NCBI RefSeq assembly: GCF_000143415.4
Contig: NW_003314399.1
Location: forward strand, 1 to 64,000
DNA length: 64,000 nucleotides
Reading direction: 5' to 3'
From: Selaginella moellendorffii
Taxonomy: Eukaryota > Plantae > Lycopodiophyta
The notes under the pieces: generated by a model
What the model was told of the DNA's origin: nothing
Database searches by the model: none
What the model saw: the letters and a program-made list of their open reading frames with translations, nothing else
Program-made: the position numbers and the translations under genes
In this document: positions 13,202 to 24,582 of the stretch, piece after piece
How positions within the stretch are numbered: the first letter of the stretch is position 1
How the letters are laid out: each line of letters begins with the position of its first letter

Positions 13202-13748
13202 TGTAGTGCACGTGGATTTTACCTTTTATCCTATAGTGATTTATTATAGGATAACACTACAAAACGAAACCTAAACCCTCCATATGCCATGTGTTATATA
13301 CCAGATGCTACATGTCACATGTCCAAAGGACAGTGATATGCAACCCAAGTTTCAAGGCCTTGGGCCATTGAGCGAAAGTACGGAGCCAAACTCCTAAATA
13401 TGGAACCAAAGAGCAACGAAACCAAACCATGGAGCAACTCCCAAGCATATAGCCCAAGGAACAAAAGCACAAAGTAACTTGGAATAACCTTAAAGAATTT
13501 AACATCTTAATGCCAAGACCAGCATGCAAAACGGAGCCAAATGGAGTTTGGCACTATTTTAGCATATTAATGGCCTAATACAAAAATATAAGTACTTCAT
13601 CAACTAACATGATATGGAACTTGGGCTTAGACCTAAGCCAAACGCAGAGCAAAGATAAGCACGCAAATAAGAATTAAACTATGCTTCAGGTTAATCAATC
13701 ATGTTTGACGTACCTACTATCCCTACTATACATTTAGAACCCCCCACA
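13202..13748 (-). mobile_element. Solo family B LTR (~550 bp)
   Basis: TGTAG...CCCCCACA termini; homologous to 8900-9458 and to the reverse complement of 51067-51603. No TSD recognised. Confidence 0.75.
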
Positions 13749-14088
13749 CACAAATTGCCACTTTTGGCATTGGTGATAAAACCTCTAACACACAAATGCA
13801 TTGTCATAGTGAAGGTTAAAGTATACAAAGTGGACTAAATAGCTAATAACATACACTCTGACAAACATGGATGGTGAGGATACTGTTTGAAAGACTTATC
13901 ATGACCTCCAAAGTGATCTTTGCACAGATGATTGGGATGTGAAATATAAATATTTCACAACTAAAGTCACAATTGTACTAACTTATTAAACTTAATGTAT
14001 AACATTAAATTTAATTATTCTAATAGAATAAACATAAGCTAAAAACAATTCGTAGATTTAAGTGCTTTTTTGTTTTGTGATCGTCTAA

Positions 14089-15036
14089 CTATGAAAATTG
14101 GCAGTCGTGGAGGAGTGCATGTTGGAGGTACTGCAACGCCTGCACTTGAGTGAAATACCTCCAACAATCCGTATTAAGGATGCTACACCGCAGCTCGCGA
14201 AGAAACAGTCCCCCGCCATCAGCTGAAAAGTAGAGATCCACCTCCGCTACGTGATTCGTCTCGCTCAAGCAGCAGCAGCACGAATGGATGGGCAGCCTCT
14301 CCGAGTAGTTGCAAGTATTGCCGACCACTTGCCCCGGCTGCCGCGAGCACAGGATCTGGAAAACCTTTGGGCTGCCACGCACCATCACCGCCCAGCTGAT
14401 CGTAAAGTCGCGTATCTCCTTCTTGCTCCACCGATTGCTGCCGGAGTTCCCCACCCACACCGCGCAATCGACATTGCCATCAGTAGGACGTTGATGAGCA
14501 TCCACGTCGCTGGCGCCCGTAGAGGTCGGGATCTCCACCACGAATCGAAATGTACCTTGATCTTCGTCATCGTTGTCGAGATGATCGTGGAGCTCCGGCG
14601 GCGCCGCTGCCGCTTGAAACATCCGCTTGAGCGTGTCGCCGCCCCTGGCCATGGAGCAAACCGGCGAGTCCCTGTAGTGGACGTCGAGAAAAAACACGAG
14701 CTCCCGCAATCGCAGCCGGGGATTGCTGCGGCTGGATCGCCCACCGCCGCCACCGAGCTGCGCGGCGGCACTCATCCGGATGCCGTAGAAGCGGCGGTAT
14801 CCCCCCGCCACACTCACCGCCTTCTCGCCGCAATCGCTCAGCGCCAGCCCCGGCCACGCCGCGGCGCACAGCCCGCGCCACAGCTCCTCCTGCCCCGCCG
14901 CTTGCTGCCACGCCCGCGAAACGCAGCAGCACGATGCCAGGCTCCGGCCGTCCAGTTTGGAGAAGACGATCCACAGCCATCCCCACCATTCTTCCTCCTT
15001 ACAGCCACCGCCATCGCCGCGATCGATCGCCTCCAT
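14089..15036 (-). CDS. Intronless F-box protein (alternative in-frame ATG at 15144)
   Basis: F-box motif LWIVFSKLDGRSLASCCCVSRAWQQAAGQEELWRGLC in a long, GC-rich ORF. Confidence 0.85.
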   Translation of the reverse strand: MEAIDRGDGGGCKEEEWWGWLWIVFSKLDGRSLASCCCVSRAWQQAAGQEELWRGLCAAAWPGLALSDCGEKAVSVAGGYRRFYGIRMSAAAQLGGGGGRSSRSNPRLRLRELVFFLDVHYRDSPVCSMARGGDTLKRMFQAAAAPPELHDHLDNDDEDQGTFRFVVEIPTSTGASDVDAHQRPTDGNVDCAVWVGNSGSNRWSKKEIRDFTISWAVMVRGSPKVFQILCSRQPGQVVGNTCNYSERLPIHSCCCCLSETNHVAEVDLYFSADGGGLFLRELRCSILNTDCWRYFTQVQALQYLQHALLHDCQFS

Positions 15037-15379
15037 CCTTCCTTCTTCTCTCGCGAGAACCGGATCGATCGCAGTCTCGCATTTAGAGAGGGTGCGCGGC
15101 CGTTGGCTTGCGGAGATGCCACTTGGCTTACCACCACACGTCATCTTCTCACAGAGCCCTAAAACCAATGCGCGAGGTGTTGGATGGTAAGCACATACAT
15201 GCTTTCGCCAAGATTTATAAGATGTGATTGGAACTTTGCCATGGAATGTTACTACAAAGGTGGCAACTTTCATATAAGAGAGGAGAGTTCTTTGGAATCG
15301 CGCTTACTACAAAAGTGCTACGTTTGCGAGAAAGAGCTTAGATACGTTTTTCCTTTACTTTTTTTCTCGTTTTTTTTTC

Positions 15380-18300
15380 TCAAAAAAATTTGGCCACGGC
15401 TCTATACAGCTGCTTCTCCTCGAACGGCTTGCTCACGTAGTCGTCCATTCCACAGCGCCGGCACTCGTCGTAAGTTGCCTGGATCACGTCCGCCGTCATT
15501 GCCAGGATGGGGACGTGAGACCCTCCGCGCTTCTCGAAGCAACGTATCCTCCTCGTCGCCTCAAACCTGGAAGAGAGTGATCGTAAGTTGATCTTCTAGA
15601 TAATCTTGGCTTGGAAACTTCGGAAAGATCACGCGCTCACTCACCCGTCCATCTCCGGCATTTGGATGTCCATGAAGCACGCATCGAACTTGTGCGGCGG
15701 CTCCAGCTTCTCGATGGCCAGCCTCCCACTCTCGACGCACTCGACGCGAGCGCCATACTTTTGTAGCGCTCCCGCCGCTACTCTCCGGTTAACTTTGTTG
15801 TCGTCCACCACCAGGATCCATTTCCCGGTGAGGAGACTGTGGAGATTGTTGCTGCTGCCACTCCCGCTGTTGATGCTGGCGCTAGTGTCGCTGCTACTGC
15901 TGGTGGGAGTGCTTGATTCTCGTGTTCTCCTCTTGAGATCCAGCCCCAGCGCTTTCTCGAGATGATTTGCGATGTGGCTTGCTCGGAGCGGCTTCTTTAT
16001 CACGTTGTCCGAAAAGCCAGCGGCCTTGGCCTTGTGCTCGTCGTCGTCGAAGGCGAGGAGCACGAGCTTCGGTGCTAAAGTTGGTCCCGCCTCCTTGATC
16101 TTGCTGGGATACGAGAGCCCCGTGGAAGAACCCCACGCATCTTTGTCTATCAGAATCATATCTAAGTTCCTGTGACCGAGAAAACAAATAAGATCCGATG
16201 ACCATCTATCTCAAACTACACGATCTTCTCTAAAATGGAAGGACTTACTTGGATCTTTGGTGAGCTAGAGCTGAGGAGACATCACTCGCAACGTCGACCT
16301 GGATCCCGAGCCTCCGCAAGTGATATCTCGTCACCTCCGATCGAACGGGCCGTCCATCCACGACGAGAGCTTTGAGTCCACTCAGCTGCGTCGTGAGCGG
16401 CGTTGACGAGTGTGCTGCTCGCTGCTGCTTGGAGCACTCGGCGCTGTGAGCAGCCTCGAGCGCTTCTAGATCTCCCACCTTGAAGTTGACGGTGAACCAA
16501 AACGTTGTCCCAACTCCAAGGCTGCTCACGAAGCCAATCTCTCCTTTCATGAGCTCCACCAGACACTTGGAGATGCTGAGGCCGATCCCAGTCCCACCAT
16601 AGTTCCGCGAGGTAGAGCTATCGGCTTGCATGAATGGCGAGAAAACTCTCTCCTGTGCGTGGACGGGGATCCCCACTCCTGTGTCTTCGACGCTAAAAAC
16701 TAGCTTCACTGTGTCAACCGGTTGCTTGTGAGTTGTGAGCCGGGACTTCTCCTGTTTCAGTATGAGCTTGAAAGTCTCCCAGTTGTTCCTTCGATCGGCG
16801 GCCTCGAGACCGCTCAGCGTGCTGCACGATCCCGCAGCGTCTACGGTGTTAAGTTTGTCCGAGTGATCTTGCGTCTCCGTGACTTGTTTCGAGCACGCCT
16901 CGCATTGTGCTGACATTGCGGCTTTCACGTCCTCTTCCAGGTGCACGGAGACGAAGATATGCCCGCGATCCGTGAACTGCGAGAGAAAAGAAACCGACCA
17001 TTTGAAAATGATATATCGATCCGGATCATGAGGGTGTTCAAGGAAACAGCTTGGAAGATCTACGTACCTTGATTGAGTTTCCAACCAAGTTGGTCACGAT
17101 CTGGTGGAGCCGAACGGGATCCCCAAGGACAACGTCAGGGACTCTCTCGGAAACGTATGCCGCCAGCTGCAAGCACGTAAGAAACGGGATTGGAGATCTT
17201 ATACAAGATTGGAGATCATTTTGCTATGTAGCAATCTAAATACTAGTAAACAAAAGCTTACTTCGATTCCTTTGTCCTTGTTCTCCGCAGAAAAGGGCGT
17301 GAGAATATCGTCGAGAATCGTGCGTAGCTTGAAAGGGACAGTCTCGAGCTCCATCCTGCCGGACTCGATCTTGGCCTGGTCCAAGACTTCGTTGATAAGT
17401 TTTATGAGTTGCTTCCCACTTTCGAGGGCCGTGTGAGCGTAATCCCGCTGTGTCGAATCGAGCTCCGTGTCCATGAGCATTTGCAACATGCCTGCGTAGA
17501 AGAAAAAACAGTTAAAATCGCAAGAAGGAATCTTTCAACCAGATCTTACGCACCAAGCACGCCATTCATGGGAGTCCGGATCTCGTGTGATACAGTAGCC
17601 AGGAACTACATAGTTAGAAAAATCTCGTGAGTCCACTGTAGAGGTGATCTAATCGTACCTGAGACTTCGCAACATCGGCCGACTCGGCTCGAACTTTAAG
17701 ATCTTCCATCTTGCGATAATCCTCCTCAACTTTGGCGATGCGGTTGCCAGCCGCGTAGAAGATTTGAGCCACCAGCAAAACAATGACAACGATTCCAAAG
17801 GTGGTGGTGATCGCCGTCCACACAACAGACGCTTCCTTGTTAAACCTGGGAGAGAACAAATCTAAGAGTAAGCTCCTGAGAGAATTATAGACAAACTCTC
17901 GAGACTTTCTTTCGAAACTTTGATACGAGAATGGAGATTGCTTTCACCTGCATCGCATCTCGTGCTTCCGGAAGGGATCCCCAAACTCGAGCTGACATAC
18001 TTCGATCTCGTTCCCGTCGGGAATGTTTGGGCCGTACATGACAAGCGGATTGGACTTGTTCGTGACATCGTTGACATTGACAATGATGGTCTGGCTTTCG
18101 GACAGCTGCCGCAAAAGGTTCTCCACAAGCGACTCGAAGTCAAATGCTCCACCTACATAGCTGCAGCACAGCCATGGCCCTTCCCATCAGAAAAATAGAG
18201 AAACCTTCCATGATCTTCTTCATCTCTCTTTTTCTGTCTGTGCGGTATGTGCTACTGAGTGATGTTGGTGGTAGAGCAAACAGTGGTATTGAGAAGATCT

Positions 18301-19557
18301 AGAGTAGTGTGAGCAGAGTTACCGACCCAGCGGTCGCTTGGATGCGTTGAGCAGGCGTTGCGTCGTCTGGAAGATCCGTCTTGTAGACTGTGAACGTAAG
18401 AACAACTCCCAAGTGATCCGACTCGAGAAGCCGGAACGGACTCGTGAGAGCTCCCTTGCCGCTTGCTCGGGAGCGTAAGATGTTCTCTCGATCCTCCTAC
18501 AAAAGCCACAAAAGAAGCGCTTAAGTTGATGGAGGAAAACTTTGGAAGACAAATCGAAAACTTATAGCAAACCTCGCCAGACATCATGTCCACGGACGCT
18601 AGATGGGCGAGAGTGTTCTGCGAGAGAACCGTAGGAGCGTACTCGTCCAGGTTCTGAGCTCGCGGAGCATTGCTTCGCATCTCTTTGATGCTCCATCCCA
18701 TCTCCTCCTCGAAAGCTCGCCGTTGCCAGTGCTCCACATTGTGAGCATACGCCACCCCGGACATGAGCGGCCTCTCGAAGGACGTCCTCGCAGTGTAGGC
18801 CGCAAAAGTCTCCTGCAAAGCAACAAGCCACGAAAGCTGAGCTAAAGTTCCAACTCCAAAAGCTCGAAAGCTGGCCTTGTTCTTGAGAGAAAAGCTCTCA
18901 AGAACCAGGCCAACTTTCGAGCAAAAACCAGAAAAACTGCCTTGCCTGATCGAGCGCGGATGGCTGCTTCGCGAGATGGAAAGTGGTGACGAGGGCCGTC
19001 AAGGATCGGACGTGGTTCATGCTGGAATTAAACTGGTCCTGGAGCATCCACGCTCGCTCCTTGCACATATTCGCGAGCGTCTCCCTCCGGCGCTCAATGT
19101 AGGAGTCCGTGAGCGAGTGATTGATGTAGACCGCGGCTCCAAGCCCGAGGATCAACCAAAGAACCAGCAGCTTGCCGTGATACTTCTCCCCAAAGTATTT
19201 TACGTGGCGCTGCTTGCTCATGCTAGCACTGCTGCCACTGCTGCTGCTACTCATCGTGGTCGTCGTTTGAGTCGTGGTTTGCGTGGTTGTCTGCTGGATC
19301 GTCTGCGTGGTGGTGGCGCTCGATGGTCCCAGCAATCGCCCCCTAGAAGAAGACGAGGAGGACGTGATCATCACCAAGTTGCTGTTAACTTGGTGCTTCC
19401 ACGAAGAATTCCTAGCTCGCGCCTTGAGCTCCTCCGTGGTGGAGAGCTTCTCCTCCGGCATTGCCTCTCTGCTCTTCCTCTGGAGCTTGATCCTCACAGC
19501 AGCTGCCGCTGCCGCTAAGAAGCTCACATCGTCCCGCGGTGGAGGAACTTGACACAT
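15380..19557 (-). CDS. CRE1: Cytokinin receptor hybrid histidine kinase (TM-CHASE-TM-HisKA-HATPase-receiver), multi-exon
   Basis: CHASE region (ERAWMLQDQFNSSMNHV, TFAAYTARTSFERPL), H-box FLATVSHEIRTPMNGV, G-boxes VEDTGVGI and YGGTGIGLSI, receiver ACFMDIQMPEMDG and VSKPF. Stop TGA at 15380-15382. The symbol denotes the family (CRE1/AHK2-4), not orthology. Confidence 0.95.
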
Positions 19558-19771
19558 CGATCGATTTCTTGGGATTTTTTTCTTCTTCACTCTTTCCCTC
19601 TCTTGCTAAGCTCCTCCACACTGCCACTCCATGGACGATCCTAAAACCCGTCGCCCAGAGGCCACATTCCACGACCCAGTACCAAAACTCGCTCCATCGC
19701 TCCCTCGGAGAACCTCCGCCGACCCATCTATCACTCCCCTGGTAGAATGCGTGCTCATCTCTCTCCCAAAA

Positions 19772-19909
19772 TCTCTCCTCTCTCTCTCTCTCGCTCTCTC
19801 TCCTCTCTCTCACCTCGCGCGATCAATCGATTTAGCCCATCCTCTCTCCTCCTGGCGGCCTGGGCGAGAAGAGGGACTATTGCTTTCGCTGTGTGTGTGT
19901 GTGTGTGTG
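19772..19909. repeat. (CT)n and (GT)n microsatellites upstream of the cytokinin receptor
   Basis: Seen directly in the sequence. Confidence 0.85.
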
Positions 19910-20993
19910 CTCGAGAGAGAGCTCACACATGGCCCAAAGCCGTGGCCACAACCCGCACGGCCGTACCCGCACCGTACAGGATTTGATTTTGGGACCGACC
20001 GGTTGGCATGTCCATCCAAACCATAGACATATGATATGCGGGCCACAGCAAATCTTCCATACAGGCGTACCACCGGATTTGTTTTCATTTCTTTTTCGCC
20101 TCCAATGCGACTTGGAGTGGCGTGGAGCAACAAACCCTTTGCCCTAAAATTTATTGAAAGGTCTTCTTCGTTATGGTTTCTAGAATTTTTCCTTTTTAAC
20201 TGTTTTTCTTATCTTTTTTATCCACTGGTGGGATATTTTTTCTCGCTTTTTATAAGAAAAGTTGTCGGACGCACATAAGAGCACGATTGACTTTGGGTAA
20301 AAATTTTGTTAGACTTTCTGGTGAAAGGGTGGATTCTCTCTTGCAAAATCATGGGTATGGGCGAATTGTTCCTTTTTTTTTTTCTTTTTACATGCTCTCT
20401 TTGTTGTGAGTGTGTCTTCTTGAAAAGTTCTGTCCAGCTTTGGGGCGAACCTTGGACTCCATGCGAAACAGTCAACAGATGGATCGAATCAGCACAATGC
20501 AGTGTGATGATGATACATCAGCATCATCATCCAGCCGACTTCGATTCGATGGTGCAAGCAGCAGAGAGAGAGAGAGGATCGAATTGTAATCAAGCCAAAG
20601 CCCACCATTTTAGTTGGGGTCTTTTCAAGAACAAAGGGGAGCGAGCGGTGTAAAAAAAACTTCACTGTTGTCACTAAGCAAGATCTGCAAAAGAGATGGT
20701 GAACAAGAATTCCACTGCGGAGATGATGCCAAGAAGAAGCAATCGAGAAAGTTAAAAGTAGAGCTTTCCTTGCCTCGAGAAGAACAGTGTTGCCCACCAG
20801 CAAGTTTCTTCCTGGAATCAATCTCACGCCTTCCAACAATGATCTGTTCGAGAAGAAAGAAGGCGATATCACAAGATCGACTACCTTTTTCCTTCCACAA
20901 TGATCGAGGGGACACATACCAGCCGGGACTTGCGAACGATCTCGCAAGGCCATTTCCAGAACCATGAACGATCGCCCAACAAAGAATGGAATT

Positions 20994-21485
20994 CTAGACT
21001 CTGCGCTTCTTTGGAGGGCGGCATCCATTGAAAGGAATGGCGGTCACGTCCCTGATCTTGAGCACTGTGAGCCCGCCCTGCTTGAATCCTCGCAGCAAGT
21101 ACTTCCTCTTGCCCACCCCAAATCCTCCTTTGAGCCTCACCTCCACCGCTTTCATCCCCAGCTGCGCGGCCCCTCGCGCCGCCTGCTCCGCCACCGCATT
21201 CGCCGCAAACTTGGAGTCGCGATGCGAACCCTTGAATCCACACATCCCCGCCGACGCCTGCGCCCTCGCGTTGCCCTCGAAATCCGTGATCGTGACAAAC
21301 ACATTGCCGTGCGTGAATCGCGAGTGCGCGATTCCGGTCTTGCGCGGCGGCGCCGACCCCGATCCTCCCGCTGCTGCCGTGCCGCCGCTGGGCGATGCCG
21401 CCGTCTTCACGCCGCAGAGACGCTGGCAGAAGAGAGCGCCCGATTCCGCCAGCGATCGCAAAGCCCTACGCGCAGCCAGCGCCAT
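20994..21485 (-). CDS. RPS11: Nuclear-encoded mitochondrial ribosomal protein S11, intronless
   Basis: uS11 motifs GNVFVTITD, SAGMCGFKG and IRDVTAIPFNGCRPPKKRRV; Arg/Ala/Leu-rich N-terminus resembles a mitochondrial presequence. Confidence 0.92.
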   Translation of the reverse strand: MALAARRALRSLAESGALFCQRLCGVKTAASPSGGTAAAGGSGSAPPRKTGIAHSRFTHGNVFVTITDFEGNARAQASAGMCGFKGSHRDSKFAANAVAEQAARGAAQLGMKAVEVRLKGGFGVGKRKYLLRGFKQGGLTVLKIRDVTAIPFNGCRPPKKRRV

Positions 21486-21728
21486 GAGAAATTTTAGGGT
21501 TCTTGGCGTGGGCACATTTTAGGGTATCTTGCTTAGCGTAATCGCTATCTTCTACACAGTAGCTCGTTTAGTAGCGTTTGTGGATTAGGGCGCCCATCGC
21601 CCACGCCCAGTGTGGAGGGCGGAGATGGAGACGCCAATGCTGTGAGTGAATGAATCGAGGTACGATTTAGCGGCAGCGCGAGGTCGCCGATCTAATTGCG
21701 CGCCGGATCTAGATTCTAGATCTGGGAG

Positions 21729-24456
21729 ATGGAGGATTTCGCGAACTTGCTCCACAGGGATTATGGCATCAAGCCCCAGGGCAAGATGGCTCCCATGTCA
21801 GCTGCCAAGGCCACGGCATCCGCCGGGGGTGAGCCGGCGATGAAGGGTAAGAGCAGCAGCGGCGGCAGCAATGCTAGATCGGCCAGAGCTTCCTTCGGAG
21901 ACGACGATCTCTTCTTTGGTTCCAAGCCGCGCAATGCCTCTTCTTCCTCGGAGCCGCTGGGTGGATCCTACGACGATGTTTTCGGTGGTCCGCCCAAATT
22001 TGCTCCTCCCAAGCACACATCGTCCTCCGCCCCATCGGTGCCTGTCTACGAGGACATCTTTAGATCGCAGCCGCCGCCTCCGCCATCGTCGTCCTCTTCC
22101 AGAGATCACTCTCTCCCGGTTTTCGACGCTCCTTACGAGGATGATATCTTCGTGGGTGTGCGAGGGACTCGCTCCTCCTCGGGCGTTTCTTACGACAATG
22201 TCTTTGGTGGTGGTGGAGGAGGAGCTAGCTCCAGTGAAAGCCCGACGGATGATCTGCTTGGGGGATATAGATCGGGACCAAAGACCAAACCTCCTCCGCC
22301 ACAGTTCGACACTGGCTCCACACCTTACGATGATGACCTGATACCAGGCATGGGATCCGGGTACGTGTTCTTTGTAGTTTCGTCCTATAAGTCTGGAAAC
22401 TTAAAAATGCTGTTTCCAGGTACTCTTCTTCCAAGCAGCCAGAGCCGAGCTCTTTCATCTCTGTCGACGAACCGGCCCCTGCTTCGACGGAGGTAGACCC
22501 TTTCGCCGGTATTGAACCCGATCCATTCTCTGGCGTACCTTCTGTTTCAGATCCTTTGGATCCCTTCACCGGCTATCCAAAGTCAGTTAGACAAAGCTTT
22601 GGTTCTTCCAGGAAAGCCGACGTGGACAACGATAGTGATGATTCTTTGCCAGAAGGAAAAGAGGAAGCGGTGCAGGAAGATTATGTTCCGGCGAAGGACT
22701 ACGTCCCGAATGAAGAGTACATTCCAGCAGATAGTTATGGATCAGGGGACTTCACGGAGGAGGGAACTTCTCGTGAGTTTAAGGAACCTTGGGTGACCGT
22801 TCACAGTGTGCGGCTCTTGACCGACCCTACAGTAGCGCCGCCTCCTTCCCGACCACCTCCTGGTCTTGGCTACCACGAGAGTCCGTATGTGAATGGTCGT
22901 CACGACTTTCAAGGGGGACTAAGTGACGATGAGGACGAGGCAGAAGCAAGATACAAGCTTGAGAAGGAAAGAGAGTTGCAGAGAAAAGCGGAAAGAGAAG
23001 AAGAGGAACGCATACAGAGAGAACGGGAGGAAAAGGAGAGGTTGAGGAGAGAACGGGAGGCTGTTGAAAGAGCTACTCAGGAAGCGAGGCAGAGAGCAGC
23101 GAAACAGGCTCGTGAGAGAGTCGAGCGAATTGCTGTGGAGAAGGCGACGGCTGAGGCTCGTGAAAGAGCAGCTGCTGACGCTAGGCAGAGGGCTGCTGAG
23201 AGAGCAGCAGCCGAGAAAGCGGCTTCGGAAAAAGCAGCGGCCGAGACTCGAGCAAGGGAACGAGCAGCAGTGGACAGAATCAATGCTCAAGTGCGCGAGA
23301 GAGCAGCAGAAGAAGCACGAATAGCAGCAGAAAAGAAGGCGGGGGAACGAGCTGCCGTGGGAAAGATCAATGCTCAAGTTCGCGAAAGAGCTGCTGAAGA
23401 AGCACGTAAAGCTGCTGCTGCGCAAAACAAAGCGAAAGAGCAAAGATCATCGTCTGACGACTTCGAAGGAGGTATCTTCGGCCGCGCAACAAGTGCTCCC
23501 AAGCAACGACCTCCAACTTCGGTAAAAACGGCGCCTTTGTTATATTTTTGGTTGACGAGCCCCTCGTATTTTTCCTACAGGATTTCTCGAAGCCGTTTCC
23601 TTCGAGTGATAAAAGAGGCTCCTCGGGCGCGCCAGTGAAGAAAGTCTCATCAGTCTCTGGCATTGATGAGTTAACGAATTTATTTGGTAAGCAGAAGGCG
23701 TCTTTAGTGCAATGGTCGGCTAACGGGCTCTATGCTTTCTCTTAGACAATCCATCTTCTCCTTTCAGAGAGATAGATGGTGAAACACCTGATAGAAGGAA
23801 GGCTCGGCTGGAACGGGATCAACGCACACAAGCACGAGCAGTGAGTGTTTTCCAAGTTTCACACTTTACGCTTGCACTTACGTGCTGTTTAATAGAGACA
23901 AGCTCTGGACGAAAAGCATCGGAGAGATTTGGCGACCCAGAGAGAGCAAGCGGAGAAACACGTAAAACGTTTTTCAAACATTAAGATGCGTAGAACCTTA
24001 ATTCGGTTGCATACTTTTGCAGAGAGCTAGCGAGACATTAGACTCGGAGATAAAGAGATGGGCTGCAGGGAAGGAAGGAAATCTTCGTGCCTTGCTTTCG
24101 ACCCTGCAATATGTAAGTAGAAAACGCATTGATCGATTCATCTCAATTCTTTGGTCCATGAATTCGCAGGTATTGTGGCCGGAATGTGGGTGGCAACCCG
24201 TTTCCCTCACGGATTTACTTACTGGAGCGGCCGTGAAGAAAGTGTATAGAAGAGCTACTCTGTGCGTGCATCCTGATAAGGTGCAGCAGAAAGGAGCGAC
24301 GATCCAGCAGAAGTACATCGCAGAGAAAGTGTTTGATTTGTTGAAGGTGGGGAGATTCTCTCTCTTGTTCTTCCCATTTCTCTGGAGCTCACATCTCTTG
24401 TTCTTGGTTTTCTCCAGGAAGCTTGGAACAAATTTAACTCAGAAGAGCTTTTTTGA
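21729..24456 (+). CDS. Auxilin-like (clathrin-uncoating) J-domain protein, ~8 exons
   Basis: N-terminal [16 protein letters not shown] motifs, E/R/A coiled coil, and C-terminal [18 protein letters not shown]...LCVHPDK...[12 protein letters not shown]. Confidence 0.93.
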
Positions 24457-24554
24457 TTGGCAGGGATCGTTGTTTCGCATTTTCTTCTTCGCAGGTATTA
24501 TTGTAAATGTGGTGGTGATGCCAAATAAACAAAGATATCACATTTTGAGGCTCA

Positions 24555-24571
24555 AGGGTTTAGGGTTAGGG
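24555..24571. promoter_or_regulatory. Telo-box-like TTTAGGGTTAGGG immediately upstream of the PRP3 ATG
   Basis: Interstitial telomere motif, as commonly found near plant translation and RNA-processing genes. Confidence 0.45.
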
Positions 24572-24582
24572 TGGGAGGGGCG

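Noticed and set aside
14251-15162. 303-aa plus-strand ORF and other long antisense ORFs over GC-rich genes (e.g. 18877-19518, 26446-27156, 28539-29120)
   Set aside because: Shadow frames of well-supported genes on the opposite strand; no recognisable motifs.
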